Positions 27,501 through 37,400 of a DNA stretch of 64,000 nt are shown here, one piece after another (the first letter of the stretch is position 1; the number at the start of each line of letters is the position of its first letter). Position numbers and translations under genes: made by a program. Origin of the DNA: Ranitomeya imitator (lineage: Eukaryota); assembly GCF_032444005.1 (NCBI RefSeq), contig NC_091282.1:659432001-659496000 (forward strand). Direction: 5' to 3'. A model generated the notes under the pieces. The model searched no databases and was not told the DNA's origin. It worked only from the letters and a program-made list of their open reading frames with translations.

Positions 27501-30500
27501 TCATATGCTCTGCCACAACGATCTTGGGGTTCTTCTTTACCTCTCTCACCAAGGCTCTTCTCCCACGATTGGTCAGCTTTGCTGGACCGCCAGGTCTAGG
27601 AAGACTTCTGGTGGTCCCAAACTTCTTCCATTTAAGGATTATGGAGGCCACTGTGTTGAGTACTGCAGAAATTATGTTGTAACCTTGGCCAGATCTGTGT
27701 GTTGCCACAGTTCTGTTTCTGAGCTCCTTGGCCGCTCCCATGACCTCATGATTCTCATTTGGTCTGACATGCACTGTCAGGTGTGAGGTCTTATATAGAC
27801 AGGTGTGGGCCTTTCCAAATCAAGTCCTATCAGTTTAATTAAACACAGCTGGCCTCCAATGAAGGAGTAGAAACATCTCAAGGAGGATCACAAGGGAATG
27901 GACAGCATGTGACTTAAATATGCGTGTCTGAGCAAAGGGTCTGAATACTTATGACCATGTGATATTTCAGTTTTTATTTTTTAATAAGTATTCAAAAATG
28001 TCTACATTTCTTTTTTTTCAGTCAAGATGGGGTGCAGAGTGTACATTAATGGGAAAAAATGAACTTTTTTGAATTCACCAAATGGCTGCAATGAAACAGA
28101 GTGAAAAATGTAAAGGGGTCTGAATACTTTCCATATCCACTGTATGCTGTTCTGTACCTCTATATACTGAGCATATGTTGTGCTGTATCTCTATATACTG
28201 AGCGTATGCTGTTATACCTCTATATACTGAGCAAGCGTATGCTGTTGTACCTCCATATTTTGAGTGTATGCTGTGCTGTATCTCTATATACTGAGTGTAT
28301 GCTGTGCTCTACCTCTATATACTGAGTGTATGCTGCGCAGTACCTCTATATACTGAGCGTATACTGCCCAGTACCTCTATATACTGAGTGTATGCTGCGC
28401 TGTGCCTCTATATACTGAGCGTATGCTGTGTTGTACCTCTATATACTGAGCGTATGCTGTGCTGTACCTCTATATAGTTGGAGCGCCCCCAGACACAGGG
28501 CCACGGGTTACTCGGTACCGGTCCTCTCTGGCTCAGTTCTAGGGTTGTCACGGTGGCTGGACCCGGTCCATGACCCTGCTAAGGGGCGCCCAATGAAAGG
28601 GTAGTGAAAGTTGTTAGGTGTTTGTGACGCCACCTGTGGTGTTCGGTCAGGGTGACCGACGCCGCTTGGGGTCCGCTGGGGTGATGTGATGGCAGCTAGA
28701 TGGTATACCTTCCCATGGGTGAAGTGAATCCCCAGGGCTTCCCAGTGGTGTAGCTGGCGATGGTGTGAGGCGCAGTTAATAACGAGGACACAGGGTTGCA
28801 GTCTCTTTACCTCTTCACTGGTGACTTCAGGATCCTCAATCCGGAGCACTGTTAACAGGGCTGTCTGAGAACGGCCGGTCCGAAGGCACATCCAGAGTTC
28901 CCTTTGCAGGTGGAAATCAGTGCCTACCACTAGCGCCTGTGTGTTATAGTCCTTCCCTGCTGAGCATTCGGGATAGTCCTCACAACTGTCGTTTCTGTTC
29001 TGATGTTCTGCTTCGTCCCCCAGTTCGTTATGGCTAGGACGCACCCGTATGATGGGTAGGCTCGGAGCTATTCTGGGACCCTAGAGATGCCCCTCTCCAC
29101 GGTTGCCCCCTATGTCTGCTAAGGTGATGTTTGTTAGACAGCCAACCTATAATCAACTGTCCTGCCTCTGTTTGAAGTAATGCTTGGAGTCAGTTACTTC
29201 CTCGGCGTTCTGGCCACCGGCTACGCCCCTCAGTAGGATGTTGCCGATCTCGGGGCACGACTCCTACTGGCTCTCCTTTGTTCTTTGATCTCGTTTCTAA
29301 TTTCTCCACAATATACTTCACTTCGTGTCCCTTCTTCAGATGCCGCCGCAAGGTAGTGCAGGCGCGGCTCTGTAACGATCTGTCCTTGTCGCTAAGTCAC
29401 TGCCAGGTTCCCACGCCTGACAGGGACCCCTCTGAATCTTCCCCGCAACACCCCCTGCCACGGGATGTTGCCTGGACAAAACCCAGTCAGCTTCTCTCTA
29501 ACTTCCTATCCAACCCCCAGTTTTACCAAAGTGTGAGGAGTGGACTAGTAAATAGAACCTTTTGCTCCCCCTGGTGGCCGGAGTGTGAAATGTAGTGTGA
29601 CTGTGATACCTGTTCAGGTGAACTCCTTTAGTGCCATCAGACGTACCATCACTCCCCTTAGTGGCAGAGCGACATTACTGCAACGACCAGGTCTCTGGGG
29701 CGCTGCATACTGAGCATGTGCTGTACCCCTGTATACTGAGCGTATGCTGTGCTGTATCTCTATATACTGAGCGTATGCTGCGCTGTACCTCTATATACTG
29801 AGCGTATGCTGCGTTGTATCTCTATATACTGAGCTTATGCTGTGCTGTACCTCTATATACTGAGCGTATGCTGTGCTGTACCTCTATATACTGAACGTAT
29901 GCTGTGCTGTACCTCTATATACTGAGCGTATGTGTGCTATACCTCTATATACTGAGCGTATGCTGCACTGTTCCTCTATATACTGAGCGTATGCTGCGTT
30001 GTACCTCTATATACTGAGCGTATGTGTGCTGTACCTCTATATACTGATCGTATGCTGTGTTGTGCCTCTATATACTGATCGTATGCTGTGTTGTGCCTCT
30101 ATATACTGAGCGTATGCTGTGCTGTGCCTCTATACACTGAGCGTATGCTGTGCTGTGCCTCTATACACTGAGCGTATGCTGTGCTGTGCCTCTATACACT
30201 GAGCGTATGCTGTGCTGTGCCTCTATACACTGAGCGTATGCTGTGCTGTGCCTCTATACACTGAGCGTATGCTGTGCTGTGCCTCTATACACTGAGCGTA
30301 TGCTGTGCTGTGCCTCTATACACTGAGCGTATGCTGTGCTGTGCCTCTATACACTGAGCGTATGCTGTGCTGTGCCTCTATACACTGAGCGTATGCTGTG
30401 CTGTGCCTCTATACACTGAGCGTATGCTGTGCTGTGCCTCTATACACTGAGCGTATGCTGTGCTGTGCCTCTATACACTGAGCGTATGCTGTGCTGTGCC

Positions 30501-32708
30501 TCTATACACTGAGCGTATGCTGTGCTGTGCCTCTATACACTGAGCGTATGCTGTGCTGTGCCTCTATACACTGAGCGTATGCTGTGCTGTGCCTCTATAC
30601 ACTGAGCGTATGCTGTGCTGTACCTCTATACACTGAGCGTATGCTGTGCTGTACCTCTATATACTGAGCGTATGCTGTGCTGTACCTCTATATACTGAGG
30701 GCATGCTGAGCTGTACCTCTATATATCGAGGTCATGCACAGCACCTCAGTGGTCGTGTCTCACAATACTGCTTTGATTTCTACAGGTTGCGCTTTTACGT
30801 ACGGAGCTTATGTGATGCCAGATCGTTGGATTAATTGCGCCCTGCACCAATACTACGTCCCCATTGCGGCATTTAACACCTTCATCTGCACCGGCCTTTC
30901 CTGCTACTCCCGGTACGGAGAGGAGTCGTCTGCCATTATACACATAGTGCAGCGTGATGGCGGCTTCTGTCATAATAGGTCACTGCCTTGATGATGTCAC
31001 CCAATCGTTGGGGTCTTGTAAAGTACACGTCCCTTTAGTACCTTCCATTAATCATCCTGACAAGGTCACATTTTCCCTGGTAGCCTCACAGCTCATGTTT
31101 CTTCTATTTATTGCAGGTTTCTGGAGGTTCATCGCCCCTCTCTCAGTAAATTCCTACGCACGGCGGCCTTCGTTCACCCTTTCGTTTTTGACAACATCCC
31201 TTTATTTTATCGGGTAAGATATTCTGTGGACAGTACTGAGACATGCTACTAGGGGCAGTAATGGCCATCATCTGGGATCCTGGGACATCGGGGGCTCGCC
31301 TACTATCGTGAGACCTTGGGGACTCACCGAAGATCCTGTGAGATTTATGACTCATCTGAAACACTGGGGGCTCATCTAGGATCCCGAGACATTGGGGGCT
31401 CATCTAGGATCCTGAGACATTGGGGGCTCATCTAGGATCCCAAGACATTGGGGGCTCATCTAGGATCCCAAGACATGGGGGGCTCGTTTAGGATCCCAAG
31501 ACATGGGGGGCTCATCTAAGATCCCAAGACATTGGGGGCTCATCTAGGATCCCAAGACATTGGGGGCTCATTTATGATCCCGAGACATTGGGGGCTCATC
31601 TGGGATCCTGAGACATTGGGGGTTAATCTGAGATCCCGAGACCTTGGGGGTTCATCTGGGATCCCAAGACACAGGGGACTCACCTAGGATCCTGAGACAT
31701 TGGGGGCTCACTTAGGATATAGAGACATTGGGGACTCACGATATAGACATTGGGGACTCACGATATAGACATTGGGGGCTCATCTGGGATCCCGGGACGC
31801 TGGGGGCTCATCTACTATCCTGGGACATTGAAGGCTTATCTGGGATCGCGAGATGTTGGGGTTTCATCTGGGATCCCGAGACATTCGGCGCTCACCTAGG
31901 ATCCTGACAGATTGGGGGCTGACCTAGGATATCGAGTCATTGGGGGCTTACCTAGGATCCCGAGACATTGGGAGCTCATTTAGGATATTGAGACATTGGG
32001 GGCTCATCTGGGATCCTGAGACTTTGGGAGCTCACTTAGGATATTGAGACATAGGGGGCTCATCTACTATCCTGAAACATTGAAGGCTTATCTGGGATTG
32101 TGAGACGTTGGCGGCTCATCTGGGACCTAGAAACTTTTGAGACCACAGTATAATGCATGTTCTCACCCCCCTATGGGTCCGTGTCCCTCTGTCCCGCAGC
32201 TCCTGTTCTGTTTCGGTGAAGATTGCAACTGGAATGATGCCGTCTCTCTCCACCTTTATCATCTCTTTTTCGCTTTCCTGACCGGATTCCTCTTCGCTTC
32301 TCATCTCCCAGAACGACTGGCGCCCGGGCGTTTTGACTATTTTGGTAAAATATGACTCTGGAGTGTACAAAAATGGTGTGTAGTAGTCAGATGAATGAGT
32401 GGAATAATTCGGTGTTGGCTTTTCTTCTTCTTGTAGGTCACAGCCACCAGCTTTTCCATGTCTGTGCCGTTTTGGGCACACACTTCCAGATGGAAGCCGT
32501 GCTCTCTGACCGTTCATCTCGCCAAGCCTGGCTCAGTTCTCATTCTGAAGTCGACTCGCTCGCCAGCACCTTGGGCGTTGTGGTCACTTCAGTCCTTGGA
32601 AATGTCATCCTCATCTGCTTCTTCACTGCCACCTTGCTGTGGTCTCCAAGAGCCAACTCCATTCTTCAACATCACACCACCTGCGAGGCTAAAGTGAAGG
32701 AACGTTGA
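2467..32708 (+). CDS. PAQR6: Progestin and adipoQ receptor family member 6 (membrane progesterone receptor delta), 7 coding exons, 341 aa
   Basis: Coding exons 2467-2517 ([17 protein letters not shown]), 21861-21988 ([14 protein letters not shown]...[14 protein letters not shown]), 24854-25059 (...[25 protein letters not shown]), 30786-30912, 31117-31213, 32200-32344 (..[14 protein letters not shown]) and 32437-32708 (GHSHQLFH...TGA). All introns are GT-AG, phases are compatible, total 1026 nt. Motifs are those of the PAQR5/6 group; adjacency to BGLAP supports PAQR6. Confidence 0.95.
2566..2798. repeat. About 35-bp minisatellite (left half)
   Basis: Tandem ACTCCAGTCACATCCAGAGCTGCA(C/G)TATA(T/G)CTAAT; the same unit resumes at 21655-21775. 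Confidence 0.85.
3122..5149 (+). mobile_element. Degraded Tc1 element with long (about 220-bp) TIRs
   Basis: TIRs CAATTGTGCTCAAAACTTTACATAC / GTATGTAAACTTTTGAGTACAATTG flanked by TA. Transposase remnant from 3524 (MGKAKQLS...) with stops and frameshifts; interrupted by a MITE. Confidence 0.85.
4010..4400. mobile_element. PIF/Harbinger-type palindromic MITE inserted in a Tc1
   Basis: Ends GGGTATGTGCACACGTTGCGGATT / AATCCGCAACGTGTGCACATAGCC; 3-bp TSD CAA/TAA. Confidence 0.8.
5453..7047 (+). mobile_element. Degraded full-length Tc1 element
   Basis: TIRs CAGTGGGGAAAAAAGTATTTAGTCAGCC flanked by TA. Transposase remnant 5813 to about 6833 ([10 protein letters not shown]..., [14 protein letters not shown]) with frameshifts. 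Confidence 0.9.
9184..9226. repeat. (TA)n microsatellite
   Basis: Run of TA dinucleotides. Confidence 0.95.
9330..9900. repeat. About 120-bp tandem repeat inside the hAT 5' region
   Basis: 4-5 copies of GGGAGATTAATATTGGCAAATCTGTGCATCTGTGCCAGTC...GATTTATTCACTAGTCT. Confidence 0.9.
10094..13957 (+). pseudogene. hAT transposase (BED zinc finger, DDE core, hATC dimerisation domain), disrupted
   Basis: KSAVWHF..CKKC..RHLTTMH (BED), [28 protein letters not shown] (CxxH), [36 protein letters not shown] (hATC). Several in-frame stops (e.g. 11618, 12179) and frameshifts, plus a MITE insertion. Confidence 0.92.
13196..13523. mobile_element. PIF/Harbinger-type palindromic MITE inserted in the hAT transposase
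   Basis: GGCTACGTTCACATTAGCG ... CGCTAATGTGAACGTAGCC with perfect TTA TSD (13193-13195, 13524-13526). Confidence 0.9.
14459..15285. mobile_element. Non-autonomous hAT element nested in the large hAT
   Basis: TIR CAGGGCCGGC / GCCGGCCCTG; perfect 8-bp TSD TGTACACC; internal 19/24-bp tandem repeat (CCCACGTAGTATATAGCAGCGCAG) at about 14570-14910. Confidence 0.9.
15430..16900. repeat. Tandem arrays inside the hAT 3' region (about 120-bp units, then about 125-bp units)
   Basis: About 9 copies of TTAGGCCTACTAAGTCTGTCTGCGGTCCCTCCTTCCAATAGTCCTCCACTGACCACACCAATGCTGCC..., then 2-3 copies of TTAATATTACACTGCATTTGGCCTG... Confidence 0.9.
18162..19808 (-). mobile_element. Degraded full-length Tc1 element
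   Basis: TIRs CAGTATAGACCAAAAGTTTGGACACACC flanked by TA. Transposase remnant from 19393 ([18 protein letters not shown]; WSDESKFE; QDNAPKH). Confidence 0.9.
19817..21436 (-). mobile_element. Degraded full-length Tc1 element
   Basis: TIRs CAGTGCCTTTCGAAAGTATT / AATACTTTCGCGAGGCACTG. Transposase remnant from 21057 ([21 protein letters not shown]; QDNDPKH; DLNPIE). Confidence 0.9.
21440..21500. repeat. (TA)n microsatellite
   Basis: TA run directly after the Tc1 TIR. Confidence 0.95.
22005..24800. repeat. 36-bp / 41-bp minisatellite filling a PAQR6 intron
   Basis: GTATCTAATCCTGTGTGATACTGGCTGCTGAGCCCT (36 bp), switching at about 23580 to a 41-bp unit with an extra ATCCT. Confidence 0.95.
25132..28142 (-). 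mobile_element. Tc1 element (same family as 7068-18094) with a nested insertion and an internal deletion
   Basis: TIRs CAGTGGATACGGAAAGTATTCAG / CTGAATACTTTCCATATCCACTG flanked by TA. ORF 26875-27774 contains WSDETK, QNNDPKH and PLE. Confidence 0.9.
25385..26893. mobile_element. Probable non-autonomous hAT-type insertion inside a Tc1
   Basis: Interrupts the Tc1 at AGTACAGC / AGTATAGC (8-bp TSD, one mismatch); ends CAAGG...CCTTG; contains G-rich tandem repeats of about 28 bp at 25800-26260. Confidence 0.6.
28140..30730. repeat. 31-bp minisatellite interrupted by an LTR
   Basis: CTCTATA(T/C)ACTGAGCGTATGCTGTGCTGT(A/G)C tandem on both sides of 28479-29707. Confidence 0.95.
28479..29707. mobile_element. 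Probable solo LTR
   Basis: 1229 bp, TG...CA ends with short inverted termini TGGAGCGCCCC / GGGGCGCTGCA, 4-bp TAGT/TACT flanks, no recognisable coding capacity. Confidence 0.65.
31270..32130. repeat. 28-bp minisatellite in a PAQR6 intron
   Basis: CATCTAGGATCCCAAGACATTGGGGGCT tandem, moderately diverged. Confidence 0.9.
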
Positions 32709-34482
32709 CCCTAATGCGCAACATCAGAACTTAGAAGAAGAGCTAGTGTTCATCTCAGTACTAATAGCCATGGTGGGTTTATAGTCCACGTCTGTTTCAG
32801 TGCCACGCGTTTTTTTTTTTTTTTTGGCTGATGGTTGAGGCTAGAAAAGAAAATTCACAGCAGCACAGAGGATATGAGTTCCTTAGAGAAGTCTCTGTGA
32901 TCTGTATCTTGTGTAGGAATAACATGATATTGGGGGCTAGTCCCAGATAATTACGGCTCATCGAGTTATTTTCAGCATTGGAGGGTCATCGGAAAAAAAA
33001 ATGGCTGGAGGAACAAGAGCAGGAACAAGGGATGTTGAATTGAATTATGGAGAAAGGCTGTGTGTAATAATGGTGGATCAGTCCCTGGTGGAGGGGCTGG
33101 ACTAGCGTTTCGGATCAGTATATGGCTTTTTTTTTGCATGTGAGCTTTAGGGGCAACGTTTTTTTTAAGAAGGATTTATGGGATAGATATGTTGAATATG
33201 GAGAGGAACGGCCATTTTATAACCTTAAATGCCCTTTGGGGAGCATTGGTTATACAGTAAAGATAAGAAATCCTGCACCAGGCTGTGACCAGAAGAGCTG
33301 GCCATTACTTTCTCAGCTTAAAGATACAGAACACCTATTTGTTAGCACTGTAAGCGCCATCTTGTGGTGAGAGCCCTGTATTGCAGTTTATAAAGTAGCT
33401 TTTTGTAAAGTAGCTATGCCTTTCAAGCTTTGTAGACCCCCATACACATTAGTACCCTGTCGATCTCATTGGGCCCAGCTGACTATCTCAAGTTTAAGTT
33501 TCCCCAGACAGTCAATATCAAGACATAAAAAAAAACTAGGACATGTCAAATTTCAAAGCCTGAATCTTTTCTGCCAGATACTGCTCCCCAAATATAGGAA
33601 GACTTGCCATGTTGGGGTCTGGGACACCTCTAAGGTCCTATAATAGCAGCATTCCCCCATTTCAGGGGGTCCCCCAGTAGTGGTGACAGTTCTGTGCCTT
33701 CGGCTGGATGTTATAATCACTAACAGCAGGAAATATTATCATCTCATCTTTTTTTACTATACGGTCGTTTTTCTAAAAAAATGTATTTTTTATAATTTTT
33801 GTGTTGAACATTAACTTTTAACTCAGGGGTCGGGCTTCACATTCCACTTTTAGCCTCAGCTATTGCTTCCATATATGAGCCCCCCCCCCATCGCTATATG
33901 ACATAAAGGGGCCATTTCTTACCGCAGATTATGTATTACAGTTGGGGTCCTTATGGCAGACCCTCAGCAGTGGTTGTTTACAGAGGCAAGAGGCATTGCC
34001 TTCCCCCAAAAAAATGAAGAATTTCATCCTGAGATTTGTGGAAACCTCCATGTTGCTCTGCACATAACTGGAAACTGCTAACCTTCTGCTACAAGGAAGG
34101 GCACAGTTAGGATGGTCAGTCACCCCCAGGTGCCTTGTAATAATATACTGTAACTATGGAAATAACGTCGGGCATTAAATGAGTTCTGAATCTCACGTGT
34201 CTGTGTGTATTTCTACAACTGCTATGAGCCGCCATAGAGATCTTCATAACATTTTTATTTCGTTTTAGAATATTTTTCATTTTACTGCATTCATATTGGT
34301 ACAGGAAAGCGGTAATGGCATGACATAGGCAAGCTTGTGACCCCTCCAGCAAGGAAAAGGTTACCAGGGGAGGATAGGGGTGCACGCATACAGCAATGGA
34401 GAGACAGAGACCGGCCTGCAGAGTTTAATTCTGTGTCCATTCTAGACATCAGCGGGGAGTGCTCAGGGGTGTACGTGGTGCG

Positions 34483-37400
34483 TCACACCGGCCCGTAGAA
34501 TCTCCTGTACGCCTCCGGGAATCCAATGTGGTCGGCAAGCTCATCACAGTCCGGATTCAGCTCGCACACCTCCCTCTGTGCCTCCAACGGAGATCTCACT
34601 GCCGCCCCATATATCCTACGGAAGGGGGGAGACAAGCTTAGCTATATGGTGGTTTCACTCCATAGGATTAGCTCCGTCACTTTCTGTCTGCTGACATTCC
34701 CACCATCATCATGGGTGACTTCAACATCCCCATTGACACCCACCAGTCAGCAGCCTCCAAACTCATGTCCCTTACTTCATCTTTTGGACTTATGCAGTGG
34801 TCTTCCTCAGCCACCCACACAGACTGACATACATTAGACTTGGTCTTCACCCGTTTCTGCTCCCCATCTAACTTCACCACCTCCCCTCTATCTGACCACC
34901 ATCTACTCACTTTCTCATCCCTGTCCTCCTCACCTGTCACCCATGTCCAGCAACATGCGCACCCCCACAGAAACCTCGCACATCTAGACCCTCGCACACT
35001 CTCTGACTCTATTCAGCCACTGTCATCCATAGCTTCACTCCACGACACAGACACTTCCACTAGTTTCTACAATGTCACTCTTGCATCAGCCATAGACTCT
35101 GTTGCCCCTGTCATGCATAGCAGAGTGCGACAAATCAATAGACAACCCTGGCACAATAACACCACTAAAAAGCTCCAGCAAGTATCCAGAATTGCCGAAC
35201 GGCGTTGGAAGAAAGCGCATTCACAAGATGATTTCACTGCACTCAAGCAACACTTTAATTCAAATCAGCTCTCACCTCTGTTAAACGGATGCGTCGTGTT
35301 TTGGAGCACCGTCGGCACAAAAAAAAAATGTTACATGTAACTTTTTTTGTGCATCGAGTTAGCCATTTCCGACCGCGCATGCGTGGCCGGAACTCTGCCC
35401 CCTCCTCCCCGGACATTACAATGGGGCAGTGGATGCGCTGTAAAACTGCATCCGCTGCCCCCGTTGTTCATTATTTTTGCAGTTTGCGTCAGTACATCGG
35501 GCCGACGCTAGTGTGAAAGTATCCTTATATCTCTCCTCGCTACACTCCTGCTTCCCCTCTTTGCAAATCCCTTCACTGGCTCCCAATTTCCCAGCGTATC
35601 CAGTTTAAATTACTAACACTGGCCTACAAAGCCATCCATATCCTTTCTCCTCCATATATTTCTGTGCTAATCTCTCAATATCTTCCCTCACGTAATCTCC
35701 GGTCCTCCCAAGACCTCCTTCTCTCCTCCACACTTATTCGCTCCTCACCCAATTGCCTCCAAGACTTCTCCTGAATATCCCCCATCCTCTGGAATCCTGT
35801 GCCCCAACACATCCGGTTATCCACCACATTTGGATCCTTCAAACGGAACCTGAAAACCCATCTCTTCAAAAAAGCTTACAACCTGTAATGACCACTTCAA
35901 CACGATCGGAGATACTGCAACCCTCGACCTACTATCTCCTTCCCCATAATCCTGTAGAATGTAAGCCCGCAAGGGCAGGATCTTCTCCCCTCTGTATCAG
36001 TCTGTCATAGTTAGCTTTGTTTACTGTAAGTGATATTTGTATTTTGATGTGACCCAGTTTAATGTACAGCACCATGGAATTAATGGTGCTATATAAATAA
36101 TAATAATAGGATTAGATACACTGCACTTACACATTGTGGACGTTGCGTCGATGTCGTCTGGCAAAATTAGCAGATTCAGGTCTAGAGATGAAAGCTGCTG
36201 GCGGGAACAAAGGAGATAAGGTGAGAAATCGCAATTCACCGAATATGGAAGCACGGCATTGCTCCCTCCTACAGGGTGTGTGGACCCTGCACAGCGTCTC
36301 CCCCTATTACAGTGTGTGCGGACCCTGCACGGCTTCACCCTCTCTTCCCTGATGGATAGATGCTGCACAGTACCACTCCTAATACTATATGTATGGACGT
36401 TGCACAGCGCCACCTCTCCTACCGTATGTATAGACATTACAAACTACCACTTCTCTCATTCTGTAAAGATGAACTCAACATATGAAAGAGGCAGTACTGT
36501 GTAGCATCTCTACATCCAGAATGAGAGAAGTGGCACTGTGCAGCGTCTATAGATAAGGTAGTGGAGCAGGGGCACTGTGCGGCGTCTATACATAAGGTAG
36601 GGAAGCAGGAGCAGTGTGCTGCGTCTATACGTAAGGTAGGGGAGCAGTGGCACTGTGCGGCATCTATACGTAAGATAGGGGAGCAGTGGCACTGTGCTGT
36701 GTCTATACGTAAGGTAGGGGAGCAGTGGCACTGTGCTGCATCTATACGTAAGGTAGGGGAGCAGTGGCACTGTGCGGCATCTATTCGTAAGGTAGGGGAG
36801 CAGGAGCACTGTGCTGCGTCTATACGTAAGGTAGGGGAGCAGTGGCACTGTGCGGCGTCTATACATAAGGTAGGGGAGCAGTGGCACTGTGCGGCATCTA
36901 TACGTAAGGTAGGGGAGCAGTGGCACTGTGTGGCATCTATACGTAAGGTAGGGGAGCAGTGGCACTGCGACATCTATACGTAAGGTAGGGGAGCAGGAGC
37001 ACTGTGCTGCGTCTATACGTAAGGTAGGGGAGCAGTGGCACTGTGCGGCATCTATACGTAAGGTAGGGGAGCAGTGGCACTGTGCGGCATCTATACATAA
37101 GGTAGGGGAGCAGAACTGTGCGGCGTCTATACATAAGGTAGGGGAGCAGTGGCACTGTGCGGCATCTATACATAAGGTAGGGAAGCAGGAGCAGTGTGCT
37201 GCGTCTATACGTAAGGTAGGGGAGCAGTGGGACTGCGGCATCTATACATAAGGTAGGGGAGCAGTGGCACTGTGCGGCATCTATACGTAAGGTAGGGGAG
37301 CAGTGGCACTGTGCGGCATCTATACGTAAGGTAGGGGAGCAGAACTGTGCGGCGTCTATACATAAGGTAGGGGAGCTGTGGCACTGTGCGGCATCTATAC

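Noticed and set aside
28508-29044. 178-aa ORF in the LTR-like element
   Set aside because: No recognisable gag, pol or other domain.
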